Shown here: positions 8,569 to 17,728 of the stretch, piece after piece
Position numbering within the stretch: the first letter of the stretch is position 1
Layout: the number at the start of each line of letters is the position of its first letter
Virus record (IMG/VR): IMGVR_UViG_3300002460_000008
DNA length: 46,810 nucleotides
Source of the DNA: a virus
Reading direction: 5' to 3' (one strand)
Notes under the pieces: model-generated
What the model saw: only the letters and a program-made list of their open reading frames with translations
What the model was told of the DNA's origin: nothing
Databases searched by the model: none
Translations under genes and position numbers: made by a program

Positions 8569-8816
8569 TGTTTGTTGATATGTTTTCAGCAGATGACTAT
8601 TCAGAAGAAATTCAACTCAAAGTTCTTGTCAACCTCACTCTCCTCGATCTCGTGCGTGAGCTAAAACAAGGTGAAATCTTGACTACAGAATGGCTAGAGG
8701 ATAAATCCCATGATGCGGAATTTAGGATAATCGTCCAGGGCCGACGTGTAGGTGTAGGGGAAGGAAACAAGATAATCGACCCGCAAGATGGAAAACCGCT
8801 AATTATCTCGGGGTGA
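8568..8816 (+). CDS. Hypothetical protein (82 aa)
   Basis: ORF track; ATGA-type junction with the upstream ORF. Confidence 0.5.
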   Translation: MFVDMFSADDYSEEIQLKVLVNLTLLDLVRELKQGEILTTEWLEDKSHDAEFRIIVQGRRVGVGEGNKIIDPQDGKPLIISG

Positions 8817-8818
8817 TT

Positions 8819-8959
8819 ATGGTAAGCGTGACTCCGCCGGAAACGGTTTGTGATAGCTGTGGATTAGTAATAAAAACCGAAAAGATTTGCATAAGATGTT
8901 GGAGATGCGTTAACTGTCATGTTGGTGAACATGGAAAGGACTTGAAATGCGGAAATTGA
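8819..8959 (+). CDS. Cys-rich mini-protein (46 aa)
   Basis: Hand translation: MVSVTPPETVCDSCGLVIKTEKICIRCWRCVNCHVGEHGKDLKCGN. Eight Cys. Confidence 0.4.
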   Translation: MVSVTPPETVCDSCGLVIKTEKICIRCWRCVNCHVGEHGKDLKCGN

Positions 8960-9099
8960 ATTTGAGTAACTCAGCTAAGAAGGAATTGCTAAAATTCTTG
9001 GTGGAATTTTACATAAAGGGACGAGTTATCATAGGGCCGTTATATAATATGGGCTGGAATAGCGCGATAGATGCTTTAGTGAAGGAATTAAAAAAATAA
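8947..9099 (+). CDS. Hypothetical protein (50 aa), last rightward gene
   Basis: Hand translation: MRKLNLSNSAKKELLKFLVEFYIKGRVIIGPLYNMGWNSAIDALVKELKK. Confidence 0.4.
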   Translation: MRKLNLSNSAKKELLKFLVEFYIKGRVIIGPLYNMGWNSAIDALVKELKK

Positions 9100-9101
9100 T
9101 A

Positions 9102-9140
9102 ATCACCTCCTTCCCTAATCAGGTTCGATCACCTCCTTTT
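9102..9140 (+). other. Two copies of a 16S rRNA 3'-tail (anti-Shine-Dalgarno) look-alike in the convergent intergenic gap
   Basis: ATCACCTCCTT (9102-9112) and GGTTCGATCACCTCCTTTT (9122-9140). On the minus strand these read as two long SD sequences (AAGGAGGTGAT) with no ORF behind them. Confidence 0.6.
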
Positions 9141-9213
9141 AGTAAGACTTTTTCTTTGGAGGCTTTGTAGCTTGGCCCTTCTTTGTTTTCATCTGATTGC
9201 CTGGCATTGTTTA

Positions 9214-10671
9214 TCACCCCCCTTCCATTTGGCCTATTAAAGTCATTGCTTTTTGCCATAATTTTAAATTATCCGGGTTATGAATAATTTTTGTAGAAAG
9301 CCCAAGAGATTCTAGAAGTGCATCCTTTTCAGAGTTACTCAATCCAACATACTTTGTGTATCCTTTATTATAGCTTTTATAATCATATTCCGGTAATTTA
9401 GCTTTAGAAATTTCATCCTTCATTATTCCGGCACTTTTCCACTTATTAAATTTGTGCTCCCAAATAGACAATTCTACAGGTTTCATAGTTTTTATGACGT
9501 TATCAGAAAATCCGAGATGAGTATTTAGCCATTCTTTAAAACTAAAAGTGTCGGTAAATTCTTTACTCAGTCCAAAAGGAACTGATGGTTGATAATTTTC
9601 CATTTCGGGTAATACCAATCCTCCCTCTTTTCCCCCAAGAGGGATTTTCTTATAAGTTTCGTTAAGAGAGAGTGGCTGACTCCCCATAGCTTCCTCAAAT
9701 TTCCTACCCAAATCAGCTTTAGACCTACTATACCGCGAACCAATTCTAGGGCCGCCACCTTCTGATCTTACACTCATTAATTCCAATGGAATAGCCTTCT
9801 TCGTATCAAGAACTCTTAACTCACCTTCGAAATACCTTTTCGGGTTATAAAGTAAGCCCTCAATTTCTCTACTCCTTAAAGCCTCTGAAAGAGCGGTGTT
9901 GAATTCTTTTGTATTGCTCGCCCCGACCAATTTTGGAAATGAAGCGAAGAAACTTTGTTGGCCAGTTGGAATGTACCTTCGCATCTTATTCATTTCAAAT
10001 AACTTTGGAACAACTTCCATAAAGGGGAGATTATGCAACTTCGCAAAATCTTCCATTTTTAGAGCAGTATTAAATAACTCGTCACCTGAAGGAGTTTTAA
10101 CAGAAGTCTTGTTTAAAGCATCAATATAAGACTCAACAAGTTTCTTTTGAACCTGTTCACCCCACGCCGGCTGAATTTGGCTCGGTTTCATCGTTGGTGC
10201 TACACGAAGGACATCTGCACCAAAAGAGTATGCTTTAGTTGGAGTGGTAGTTAAACTAACTCCAGATGGTTCACCGAATCGAAGACTAAATCTTTCCCCA
10301 ACCCGTGACGGATCAAAACCTTTTCTGAGAATTTGGGAACCAGTACCGACATCAGTCCCGTGAAACCACCCTCCCCGAATAATCTTTTCAACCATCTTAG
10401 CAAAGTCACTTGGTAATTCACTAAGCTCAACTGGTTGCTTAACCTGCCTTTTTATAAAATCACGATATGCACTCTGAACAGCTTTACTCGCCCCCGGCAT
10501 TGCCGTTTCAGTAATATCGGGAGATGAAGGACCTAACGCGCCGAGGACGCTATGAATTAATTCGCTAATGTAATCTAATGGAGGAAATCCTTTAGGTTCG
10601 TAGACGGATTTGCCCTGCGGACCTGCACTTATCTGCGCCTCATTAGGATCGAATGGATTAGCTATGGGCAT
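9214..10671 (-). CDS. Last gene of the late operon; virion/ejected-protein candidate with a weak ADP-ribosyltransferase-like pattern
   Basis: Position after the giant internal protein. GGWFHGT...GVSLTTT...YFEGELRV loosely resembles ART H/R - S-x-T - ExE spacing, but the STS-to-ExE distance is unusually long. Confidence 0.5.
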   Translation of the reverse strand: MPIANPFDPNEAQISAGPQGKSVYEPKGFPPLDYISELIHSVLGALGPSSPDITETAMPGASKAVQSAYRDFIKRQVKQPVELSELPSDFAKMVEKIIRGGWFHGTDVGTGSQILRKGFDPSRVGERFSLRFGEPSGVSLTTTPTKAYSFGADVLRVAPTMKPSQIQPAWGEQVQKKLVESYIDALNKTSVKTPSGDELFNTALKMEDFAKLHNLPFMEVVPKLFEMNKMRRYIPTGQQSFFASFPKLVGASNTKEFNTALSEALRSREIEGLLYNPKRYFEGELRVLDTKKAIPLELMSVRSEGGGPRIGSRYSRSKADLGRKFEEAMGSQPLSLNETYKKIPLGGKEGGLVLPEMENYQPSVPFGLSKEFTDTFSFKEWLNTHLGFSDNVIKTMKPVELSIWEHKFNKWKSAGIMKDEISKAKLPEYDYKSYNKGYTKYVGLSNSEKDALLESLGLSTKIIHNPDNLKLWQKAMTLIGQMEGG

Positions 10672-10710
10672 TCGGATTAACGAAATCGTTAACTAAGATT
10701 AACAAGATTA

Positions 10711-13700
10711 TCAACGAGACTTCGTCCCACCCGGCTCGCCCCAACCAAAGACCAAAGAATCGAAATCAAATCCTGCCTCTGGCGATTGAATATCACGTTT
10801 TGTTGCTAAGGTGCTTTGTAAGGGAGTCATGCCACGTCCCCAACGTTGAACAGCATTCATTCCTGGGAGGTAATTCTTTGCTAAGTTTTTAGCCATGCTT
10901 TGATAATCAAGTTGGGTTAGGTCTTTAAGCATGGTAACGTAAGATTGGAGAAGTGGGGTATAGGGATTTAATCCAATAAGCCCAGGGGGGCTTAATTGGT
11001 AAGCGAGGCTTGTGAGCCCGGTTGCACCAGCAAGGAAAGAGGCGATTGATTGCTGATAAACAAGAGCCTTTAGAAAGGCGTATCGTTCTTGAGGATGTAA
11101 CGCCTCAATGAATTTCCCAAACTCCTGTGGTGCTCCTTGCGCTGCCATACGATGAGCAAAATTGATATGGTCCCCAACTTTAGGACCCTGCCTTAAAAGG
11201 AGTCCCATCGCTCCCATGTGTTTTATAGAAAATGTATTAAACTGCATAACAGCTTCACCTAGAGGACTTGCTATTCTTCCTACAATTCCACCTCTTGTTA
11301 ATCCACCAACAACTCCTGTATGAACGGGCGACCTAAAACCCTCGCCATAAAGAAAATTTGTAATATTTGTTGTGTAGGTTGATGCTCTTTTAAGAGCAAC
11401 AACAAAATCAGGATCATTTAGAGTTGCTGGATTGAAATTCTTGGCTGCCCGACGAATTGCTTGTTGATGAGCCTCATAAACCGTAACCCGATTCAAAATT
11501 TCGGCGGCGCGCATACCGAGGAAGCTCGCACTGTAAACTTTATCGTATAACCACTCCATCCCGTAAAGAGCAGCTTTCCAATTTCCGGCATTGACTCTAG
11601 TAAGGTTAGGTGTGAAAAGCTCTTCCATATCGTGAACAACACCTAAATCACGATAATGTTTCAAAGCTTTTGGAGAAAAAAGAACTTCGGTGAGTGTTCC
11701 CATTCCTTTAGCGTAACCAAGCATTAAGTCAAAGCCGGCTGCGATAGGACTTGCGGGAATTCTAGCTAATCCGTCTGTAATTGGCTGTGTTGTATTAAGA
11801 AGCATCGTTCGGAGATTAGCTCCGATCATAGCTGCGTAATTCATCCTCTTCGTTGAAGTAACAAAACTATTTAGCGATTTATCAGCTATACTAACTTTCG
11901 GAACCTGAATAACGATTTCCTGACCAGTTGAAGTTACAAATTTCGCCGTACTACTTGGAAATGATTTTGCAATAATATTATCAATTTTAGATGCGGTATG
12001 AGAAAAATCAGCCATATCAGGAGAAATTTGCTTACCCGAAACGCTATCAAGATGCCACTGGATAAACTTTTTATTGGAAGGTGAAGTTTCAGCATTTTTA
12101 AGAATCTCACCGTATGCTAAGTAATTTCGCCAAGATTTTTCCTTAGTCACATATTTTGAAAGGCCATCAAGAACCTCCCAAACATTCGCATTCACTTCAA
12201 GTTTAACTGGATTAGTTCCAAATGGAATGTTGACAAGATTATTAACTCCATTTGTCTTAATCATTCCGCCAATCATACTCGCAAAACCGTGGCCCTGTTT
12301 ACCCGCCGAAAGAACAATTTCAGGGACTAAATTAAGAACATAGTTATAATCAGGAGGTACAGGGGGTTCTCCAATAGATGCTCTATGTTTATTAACAAGG
12401 GGAATAACTTCTTTTTTGGACCATTGCTGAATATCGGAAATAACAGCAACTTCCTGTTTAGTATACTTATCAGTTTTTGAAGGAACCCCTACTAAGGCAC
12501 GAGTGAGTTTTTGGCTAGTCTCTTCAGAAGCTCCAACTAATTTCCTAAATCCCCGAACCATTTGCTGAGACTCATATTCAGAAACAGCAGCAGTAGTTTT
12601 TGCGTCAAATATTAATTTAGCTGCAACATCATATTCTTTCTTGTTTTTCATTCCGTAAGTTATTGCAGCGTCGAAAACATAACGATAGCCACCAAAATCC
12701 TTACCATCAGGTTGCGTCGTTAGTTGGACATCTATTCTATTGGCAGGCGGAACCCGTGTCCGGCCGCCGCCGAATGGATACCAAAATCCGCCCTCGTCTT
12801 TAAGTAATTCCCAAACACTTCCACCACTCGGAGCCGGAGTATCTAACCCATTAGCGATACGTTCTGCTGTTTCATCAACTGAAAGCTGCTCGGCTTGGGT
12901 TGTTAACTTGTTTATTGGTATAGCATACTTCGTTCCTTTAGAATCAATAACGCGAACAGTATTATTATTAATAATTCCTTCAACAACAACCTTTTCACCA
13001 TTACTTTTAAATACTTCTTCGCCTATACCAAACTTAGATTCTAATTTTCCTGTAACTTTCGCAAAGGGAACAAAGTAACTACCACTACCTTCCATTGGAC
13101 CTACGCGAATTCCAGTTGGAAACTTTTCAAGCACTTTAACGACTTTACCGCTTGCATAAACAAGATCACCAACGATTGAATCCGCTTCTTCTATGAACGA
13201 CGCTTTAACAGCCGTTTCAGGAACTATCGCTGAAACGGCTCCGCCAGGAGCTATAGTAATATTCATCGGCCCAAGAACATTATCAACAGTAGCTTTAGCT
13301 CTTGGATACCTATTAAGAATCTGCTCCGCTGATTGGAGGAATCCAGGTATCGGCGGCTGATTCGGAGCATTCGCAGCAGCTTGTAACACAGGATTAACTT
13401 CTCTAGAAATTGCTCTTTGTCCCGCTGTAAGCAACTCAGTTGTTTCACTTGCTGGTTCTGTTGTGAGTGTACCAAAAGCGGGGGGTGGAGGTGGTTCAGG
13501 AGGTGAAAAAGGCGTCGTCGGAGGGGTGACGACAGGGGGCTTCCCGAATTCTCGACCCGAAGTTGCAGGGATTAACGATACAGGCGGGCGAATATAACCA
13601 ACCGTCGTAGCTTCACCAATATCTTGCGCGATAGATTCTTCAAGTTGATAACGAGTTTGCCGACCCATTGGGCCAGTAGATTCATTAATTGACTTAATCA

Positions 13701-14610
13701 TTGCCCTTTTAGAAATCGGATGTAACGCATCCCAACCAGCTTTACCAATTTGGTGAAATCCGTGAAATCCCAAGAGAACACCAGATATTTTTGCAAATTC
13801 TCCACCAAATTCTGTAGCTAATCCATCAACACTTATATGACCTTTTTGTATGCTATCGGCTAATCTGTGAGAAAAAGTTTGATAAGCCGCTATCGCTCCA
13901 CCTTGAAGGGAAGCGTTGGTCACAGCGCGAGCAATAGCAGGATACCTGACAAAATATTGAAATAAAGCTGTAGCTGCTTGCGGGATTTGCGCTCCTGCCT
14001 GAAGAGCCTTTAACTGAAATATAGGAAGCGTAATGAGAATATCCGTTGCCATCATTCCCGCATTTTCAGCAGAAAAGAAATCCGGAGCCAGTTGTGGCTT
14101 TTCGCCGGGCGAAACTATCGCTCCTCCACCCGGTAATCCACGAAAGACTCCACGAGCAAATTGTGGAGTTTTTCCAACTGGTAAATTACCGAAGGGAGTC
14201 TCTAAAACAGATTCGGGAGGGAGATTGAATGCCGGCCTTATATTTTCATTTATTAAATTCTTGTAATAGTTATAATACAAATCAACGGCTGGACCAACAA
14301 GCGCAGTAGTTCCCATCCTCGGTCTTGCTGCAAGTTCCTGAGCATGACGCTGTTCAGTCTCTGCTAAGTTAGGAAGCGATACTGGATTAATCGCCGGTTT
14401 TGCCACCATCGTTTCTTCAGGAGATACTGAAGGAAATCCTAAATTCTGCTTTGCGACAACCTTTTCATTTTCAGGTAACCCATTATATTCACTTGTTTGC
14501 TCAAGAAATCCCTGAATAGTTTTCATGATATCAGGATTTCTCGACATGAAAGAATATCGTTCTTCCTGTGGAAGTCCGTAAACGTGTCTTATGATTTCTT
14601 GTGGTTCCAC
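10711..14610 (-). CDS. Giant internal virion / ejection-type protein (1299 aa)
   Basis: Size and position match T7 gp16-type proteins. Has a Pro-rich linker (PPVVTPPTTPFSPPEPPPPPAFG). No catalytic motif recognised. Confidence 0.6.
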   Translation of the reverse strand: MEPQEIIRHVYGLPQEERYSFMSRNPDIMKTIQGFLEQTSEYNGLPENEKVVAKQNLGFPSVSPEETMVAKPAINPVSLPNLAETEQRHAQELAARPRMGTTALVGPAVDLYYNYYKNLINENIRPAFNLPPESVLETPFGNLPVGKTPQFARGVFRGLPGGGAIVSPGEKPQLAPDFFSAENAGMMATDILITLPIFQLKALQAGAQIPQAATALFQYFVRYPAIARAVTNASLQGGAIAAYQTFSHRLADSIQKGHISVDGLATEFGGEFAKISGVLLGFHGFHQIGKAGWDALHPISKRAMIKSINESTGPMGRQTRYQLEESIAQDIGEATTVGYIRPPVSLIPATSGREFGKPPVVTPPTTPFSPPEPPPPPAFGTLTTEPASETTELLTAGQRAISREVNPVLQAAANAPNQPPIPGFLQSAEQILNRYPRAKATVDNVLGPMNITIAPGGAVSAIVPETAVKASFIEEADSIVGDLVYASGKVVKVLEKFPTGIRVGPMEGSGSYFVPFAKVTGKLESKFGIGEEVFKSNGEKVVVEGIINNNTVRVIDSKGTKYAIPINKLTTQAEQLSVDETAERIANGLDTPAPSGGSVWELLKDEGGFWYPFGGGRTRVPPANRIDVQLTTQPDGKDFGGYRYVFDAAITYGMKNKKEYDVAAKLIFDAKTTAAVSEYESQQMVRGFRKLVGASEETSQKLTRALVGVPSKTDKYTKQEVAVISDIQQWSKKEVIPLVNKHRASIGEPPVPPDYNYVLNLVPEIVLSAGKQGHGFASMIGGMIKTNGVNNLVNIPFGTNPVKLEVNANVWEVLDGLSKYVTKEKSWRNYLAYGEILKNAETSPSNKKFIQWHLDSVSGKQISPDMADFSHTASKIDNIIAKSFPSSTAKFVTSTGQEIVIQVPKVSIADKSLNSFVTSTKRMNYAAMIGANLRTMLLNTTQPITDGLARIPASPIAAGFDLMLGYAKGMGTLTEVLFSPKALKHYRDLGVVHDMEELFTPNLTRVNAGNWKAALYGMEWLYDKVYSASFLGMRAAEILNRVTVYEAHQQAIRRAAKNFNPATLNDPDFVVALKRASTYTTNITNFLYGEGFRSPVHTGVVGGLTRGGIVGRIASPLGEAVMQFNTFSIKHMGAMGLLLRQGPKVGDHINFAHRMAAQGAPQEFGKFIEALHPQERYAFLKALVYQQSIASFLAGATGLTSLAYQLSPPGLIGLNPYTPLLQSYVTMLKDLTQLDYQSMAKNLAKNYLPGMNAVQRWGRGMTPLQSTLATKRDIQSPEAGFDFDSLVFGWGEPGGTKSR

Positions 14611-16095
14611 TTAGCGCCCCATTATGAGTTGTTCAAGTTCTTTTGCTGTTTTTGGCGCTGCCGAAGTCGGTTTTCCACCTAATTGCGGTTTTGGTTTTGG
14701 CTGTTGTTTTGGGGCTTCAGTTCTTGGGCTTTCAGGAGCTGCGGAAGGGGGTACAAGAATTCCTTTCCCAAGTCCAGGTGTACCAACAAGTTGCCCAGCA
14801 AATTCAAGAAAACCTTGAAATCCGATTGGTTCATCAGGTTGGAAACCAAGTTGGTCGCTGGCTTTTTGGAGAATAGCAAGACCTTCCTTATGTGTAGCGG
14901 GAAGTTTCATCTTGTCTAGTCCCATTTTCAATACATTCCGGAGGTAATCCTTTTGAGCTTTATCCCCAATTTGATCGTATTGATATTGTAAAACATTGTT
15001 CCAATGTTCTATCTTGCTTTCGTAATCATTCTGTCGTCCCTCAACAACCGCTTTACGATAGTCATTCGTTGCTTGAATAGACAACGCTCGAAGATTAAGT
15101 TCCCGATCTTTTCTAGACTCACCCACTTTAATTCTAGAAACCACTTCGGGCGGAAGTCCAGATACATCCTCTCCAGCTAAGAGTTGGTCGGCTATTTGTT
15201 GAGCAAGAGGGAAGTTTTCGGGGCCGATAATTTTAGCGATAGAAACAGCTTTATCGGCGCGAACTTTATTAACAAATTGTTCTTGTTCCTGATCTAGTTT
15301 ACGATCTTTTTGAGCAAGAAGATTACTGGCAATTTTTTCTCGTTGTGCAAGTTCGGCATATTTGTATTGTTTTATATCAATTTGTTTTTGCTCTTGTAAA
15401 CTCGCTTTTCCAGTTAAAGACTCTAATGGTTTCTTACCAGTGGAGGTTGCCTCAACCAGTTGCCAAATATCAGAATCAGAAACGGATGAAGGATACTTTA
15501 CGCGATAATCTCTAAATAACTTAGCTGCTTCCCTATCACCCTTCATCTTCAAAAGGCGCTCTTGAAAAGCGGGGTTAAACAAATCTTCCTGAGCCCTGCT
15601 CTTAACAAGTCCTGAAAGGGCAACAATTTGCTCGTTAGGAACACGGCCGGCAGCGGCTTCGCTGATGACATGGCGTTGTAATTGTGCTAATGTCTGCGGC
15701 TGAAATCCTCCAACTCGTTTCGTAACCTGCCGTTCTGCAAGTTGTGTCGGTGGTGCAGCTTCGCCAGTTGCGGCGCTATACTCCGGTGATACCTCTTGAG
15801 GGATTCCATAACGCTCCGTTTCGGTAACATCACGAGGCGCCTCTGGCGGTTTCGAGCCAAAGAATTTCTCGAAAAGTTGTGCTCCCTCACCACCTGTAAG
15901 AGCCGTATTTGGATCGAGTAATCCTTGGTTAACACCTTCAAGAATCATTTTGAATTTTTCGAGATCGCGAGCTTTGAATTGGTTTATAAAATCAGCTACT
16001 GATTTGCCAAATTCGGGAGCTACATTTTCCGGCGCTCGAAATGGAAGAACAGAAGAGCCACCAGAAACTAAAAAGTTTCCTTGATTATAAGGCAT
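14611..16095 (-). CDS. Internal virion protein candidate (494 aa, coiled-coil rich, Pro/Lys-rich C-terminus)
   Basis: Position (gp15-like slot) and composition only. Confidence 0.5.
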   Translation of the reverse strand: MPYNQGNFLVSGGSSVLPFRAPENVAPEFGKSVADFINQFKARDLEKFKMILEGVNQGLLDPNTALTGGEGAQLFEKFFGSKPPEAPRDVTETERYGIPQEVSPEYSAATGEAAPPTQLAERQVTKRVGGFQPQTLAQLQRHVISEAAAGRVPNEQIVALSGLVKSRAQEDLFNPAFQERLLKMKGDREAAKLFRDYRVKYPSSVSDSDIWQLVEATSTGKKPLESLTGKASLQEQKQIDIKQYKYAELAQREKIASNLLAQKDRKLDQEQEQFVNKVRADKAVSIAKIIGPENFPLAQQIADQLLAGEDVSGLPPEVVSRIKVGESRKDRELNLRALSIQATNDYRKAVVEGRQNDYESKIEHWNNVLQYQYDQIGDKAQKDYLRNVLKMGLDKMKLPATHKEGLAILQKASDQLGFQPDEPIGFQGFLEFAGQLVGTPGLGKGILVPPSAAPESPRTEAPKQQPKPKPQLGGKPTSAAPKTAKELEQLIMGR

Positions 16096-16904
16096 TATGC
16101 ACCCGCTCCACCTTTAGCAAAAGCACCAGCAACACTAGCAATACCCTGTCCAGTCTTGAGGACTTGATTAACGTAATCCCAAGCATTTGGCTTTTCCTGC
16201 CCTATCGCTGAAGGACCAACAAGAGTTTGTGGGAATATCGGTTGTGTCCCCAAGAAAGATTGAGCCGATTGCATGTAATTCTCGGGGGAACGGAGTTGGT
16301 AATCCTGTCTTGCTCTACCCATATTCGCTTCAAGGATCGCTTGAATAATCTGTCCAATATTTCCTAATCCGGCAGCCCGCTGCGTTCTAATCTGTTCACC
16401 CGTCATCCTTCTTCCTGCATAAGCCTCTTTTGCGCCAACCTCCGCTTCCGCACTTTTCGCAAGAATATTCGCCATCAAATCGCCGTAAGAACGAGCGCCA
16501 GCACCAGCCACGTCAGAACCATAACGAGCCCCACGGCGGCCAAAAGATTCCAGAATTTGTGGCAGCGCGTATTGTTGAAAATTCCTATTCCCTTGTTCAA
16601 GGGCGGTTCTGTAAATTGAAGAAGTGTCTGTAGGTCCCGTAACATCAACTGGCTTACGGAACATACTGGTAGCTTCAGTTAATTCTGGAGAAGCCCCTAA
16701 ACTAGTTGATAAACTAGATAAATCAACTCCTTTAAGGTAATCGGCAAAACTTAATGAAGGTTGACCTAGCTTGGACGATAAAAATGTCCCATATTCTTTA
16801 GCAATACGATTGACGTTAGGCGCAATATCCGGTGTCAGCGGCGCAATGGTCTGCGTCTGTGGCATCGGTGGTTGCTTGAATTTTATTTTTCGTTCAAGGG
16901 ACAT
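16095..16904 (-). CDS. Internal virion protein candidate (269 aa)
   Basis: Position (gp14-like slot); ATGA-type coupling to the next gene. Confidence 0.45.
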   Translation of the reverse strand: MSLERKIKFKQPPMPQTQTIAPLTPDIAPNVNRIAKEYGTFLSSKLGQPSLSFADYLKGVDLSSLSTSLGASPELTEATSMFRKPVDVTGPTDTSSIYRTALEQGNRNFQQYALPQILESFGRRGARYGSDVAGAGARSYGDLMANILAKSAEAEVGAKEAYAGRRMTGEQIRTQRAAGLGNIGQIIQAILEANMGRARQDYQLRSPENYMQSAQSFLGTQPIFPQTLVGPSAIGQEKPNAWDYVNQVLKTGQGIASVAGAFAKGGAGA

Positions 16905-17487
16905 TCGCCGTCTCCTTTAGTAACTCGCTCCGGAGGATTCCATAAACAAGCATATCACAGGTATCACCCTTCGGCAAGATAAAATCATTCCGTAATGTCC
17001 CCTCACGTTGGAAACCAAGCCGCTCAAGCATCCGCCACATTACCTTATTCCTAGCAGGAACCCGCGCATAAAGGCGTTTTAGCCCAAAAGTTATCATACC
17101 ATACTGAAAAGTATCGTGAACAAGTTGATCTCGGCCGGCGATTTTTCTATCCCAAAATACGAAGCCCACATGAGCCTTAAAATTAGGAACTAAGTTTTCA
17201 AACATAATTAACGAATTATCAATTTCTATGATAATTGTATCTGGAGCAAATAAAAATTCCAAGATTTCTTGGTCATCCATTTGCCAAGTCGTTGCCAAAG
17301 AAAATGTCTTGAGGAAGTTTCCAGCTTTTTGAACATTCTCCATCGTCATCTTGAATGGATAAGCCGGCTTTCCATCAGCAAAGAAAAGCGGCTTCTCATC
17401 CAAAAAGTGTGATGTTGATAGTGGCTCCTCCGAGAGTTGATCTAATAAAGATTCTGTCTGCATTCCATTCGTCTCTGCGAGAGTCAT
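16894..17487 (-). CDS. GNAT-family N-acetyltransferase (RimJ/RimL-like)
   Basis: HVGFVFWDRKIAGRDQLVHDTFQYGMITFGLKRLYARVPARNKVMWRMLERLGFQREGTLR matches the acetyl-CoA-binding core. The start is uncertain: the ORF overlaps the upstream gene by 92 nt, and an alternative ATG lies at 17349. Confidence 0.7.
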   Translation of the reverse strand: MTLAETNGMQTESLLDQLSEEPLSTSHFLDEKPLFFADGKPAYPFKMTMENVQKAGNFLKTFSLATTWQMDDQEILEFLFAPDTIIIEIDNSLIMFENLVPNFKAHVGFVFWDRKIAGRDQLVHDTFQYGMITFGLKRLYARVPARNKVMWRMLERLGFQREGTLRNDFILPKGDTCDMLVYGILRSELLKETANVP

Positions 17488-17728
17488 AAACTATACCCCC
17501 ATTGTTGGTATTCGCTATGTAGGTAAAAGGCTTTTTCCCTAAGCCGTGACTAACAACAATATCGCCATTAGCTACAGTGCTAGAAACCGTTACGGAAGAA
17601 ACTTTGCAATTTTCTTGTAATCCTATCCCATTACTACATAATCTACGGATTTCATCAGATAGTATCTTAATATAGTTTCTCAAATCTTCCAAGGAATCTG
17701 GTATCTCAAGGGGTAAAGTAATCTTCAC
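17396..17728 (-). CDS. Hypothetical structural-module protein (110 aa)
   Basis: ORF track; 4-nt overlap with the upstream 543-aa gene. Confidence 0.5.
   Translation of the reverse strand: MKITLPLEIPDSLEDLRNYIKILSDEIRRLCSNGIGLQENCKVSSVTVSSTVANGDIVVSHGLGKKPFTYIANTNNGGIVYDSRRDEWNADRIFIRSTLGGATINITLFG

Noticed and set aside
17396-17487. Programmed frameshift joining 17396..17728 to the GNAT ORF.
   Set aside because: I saw no slippery heptamer or downstream structure in the overlap. An internal ATG start for the GNAT (17349 or 17463) explains the overlap more simply.
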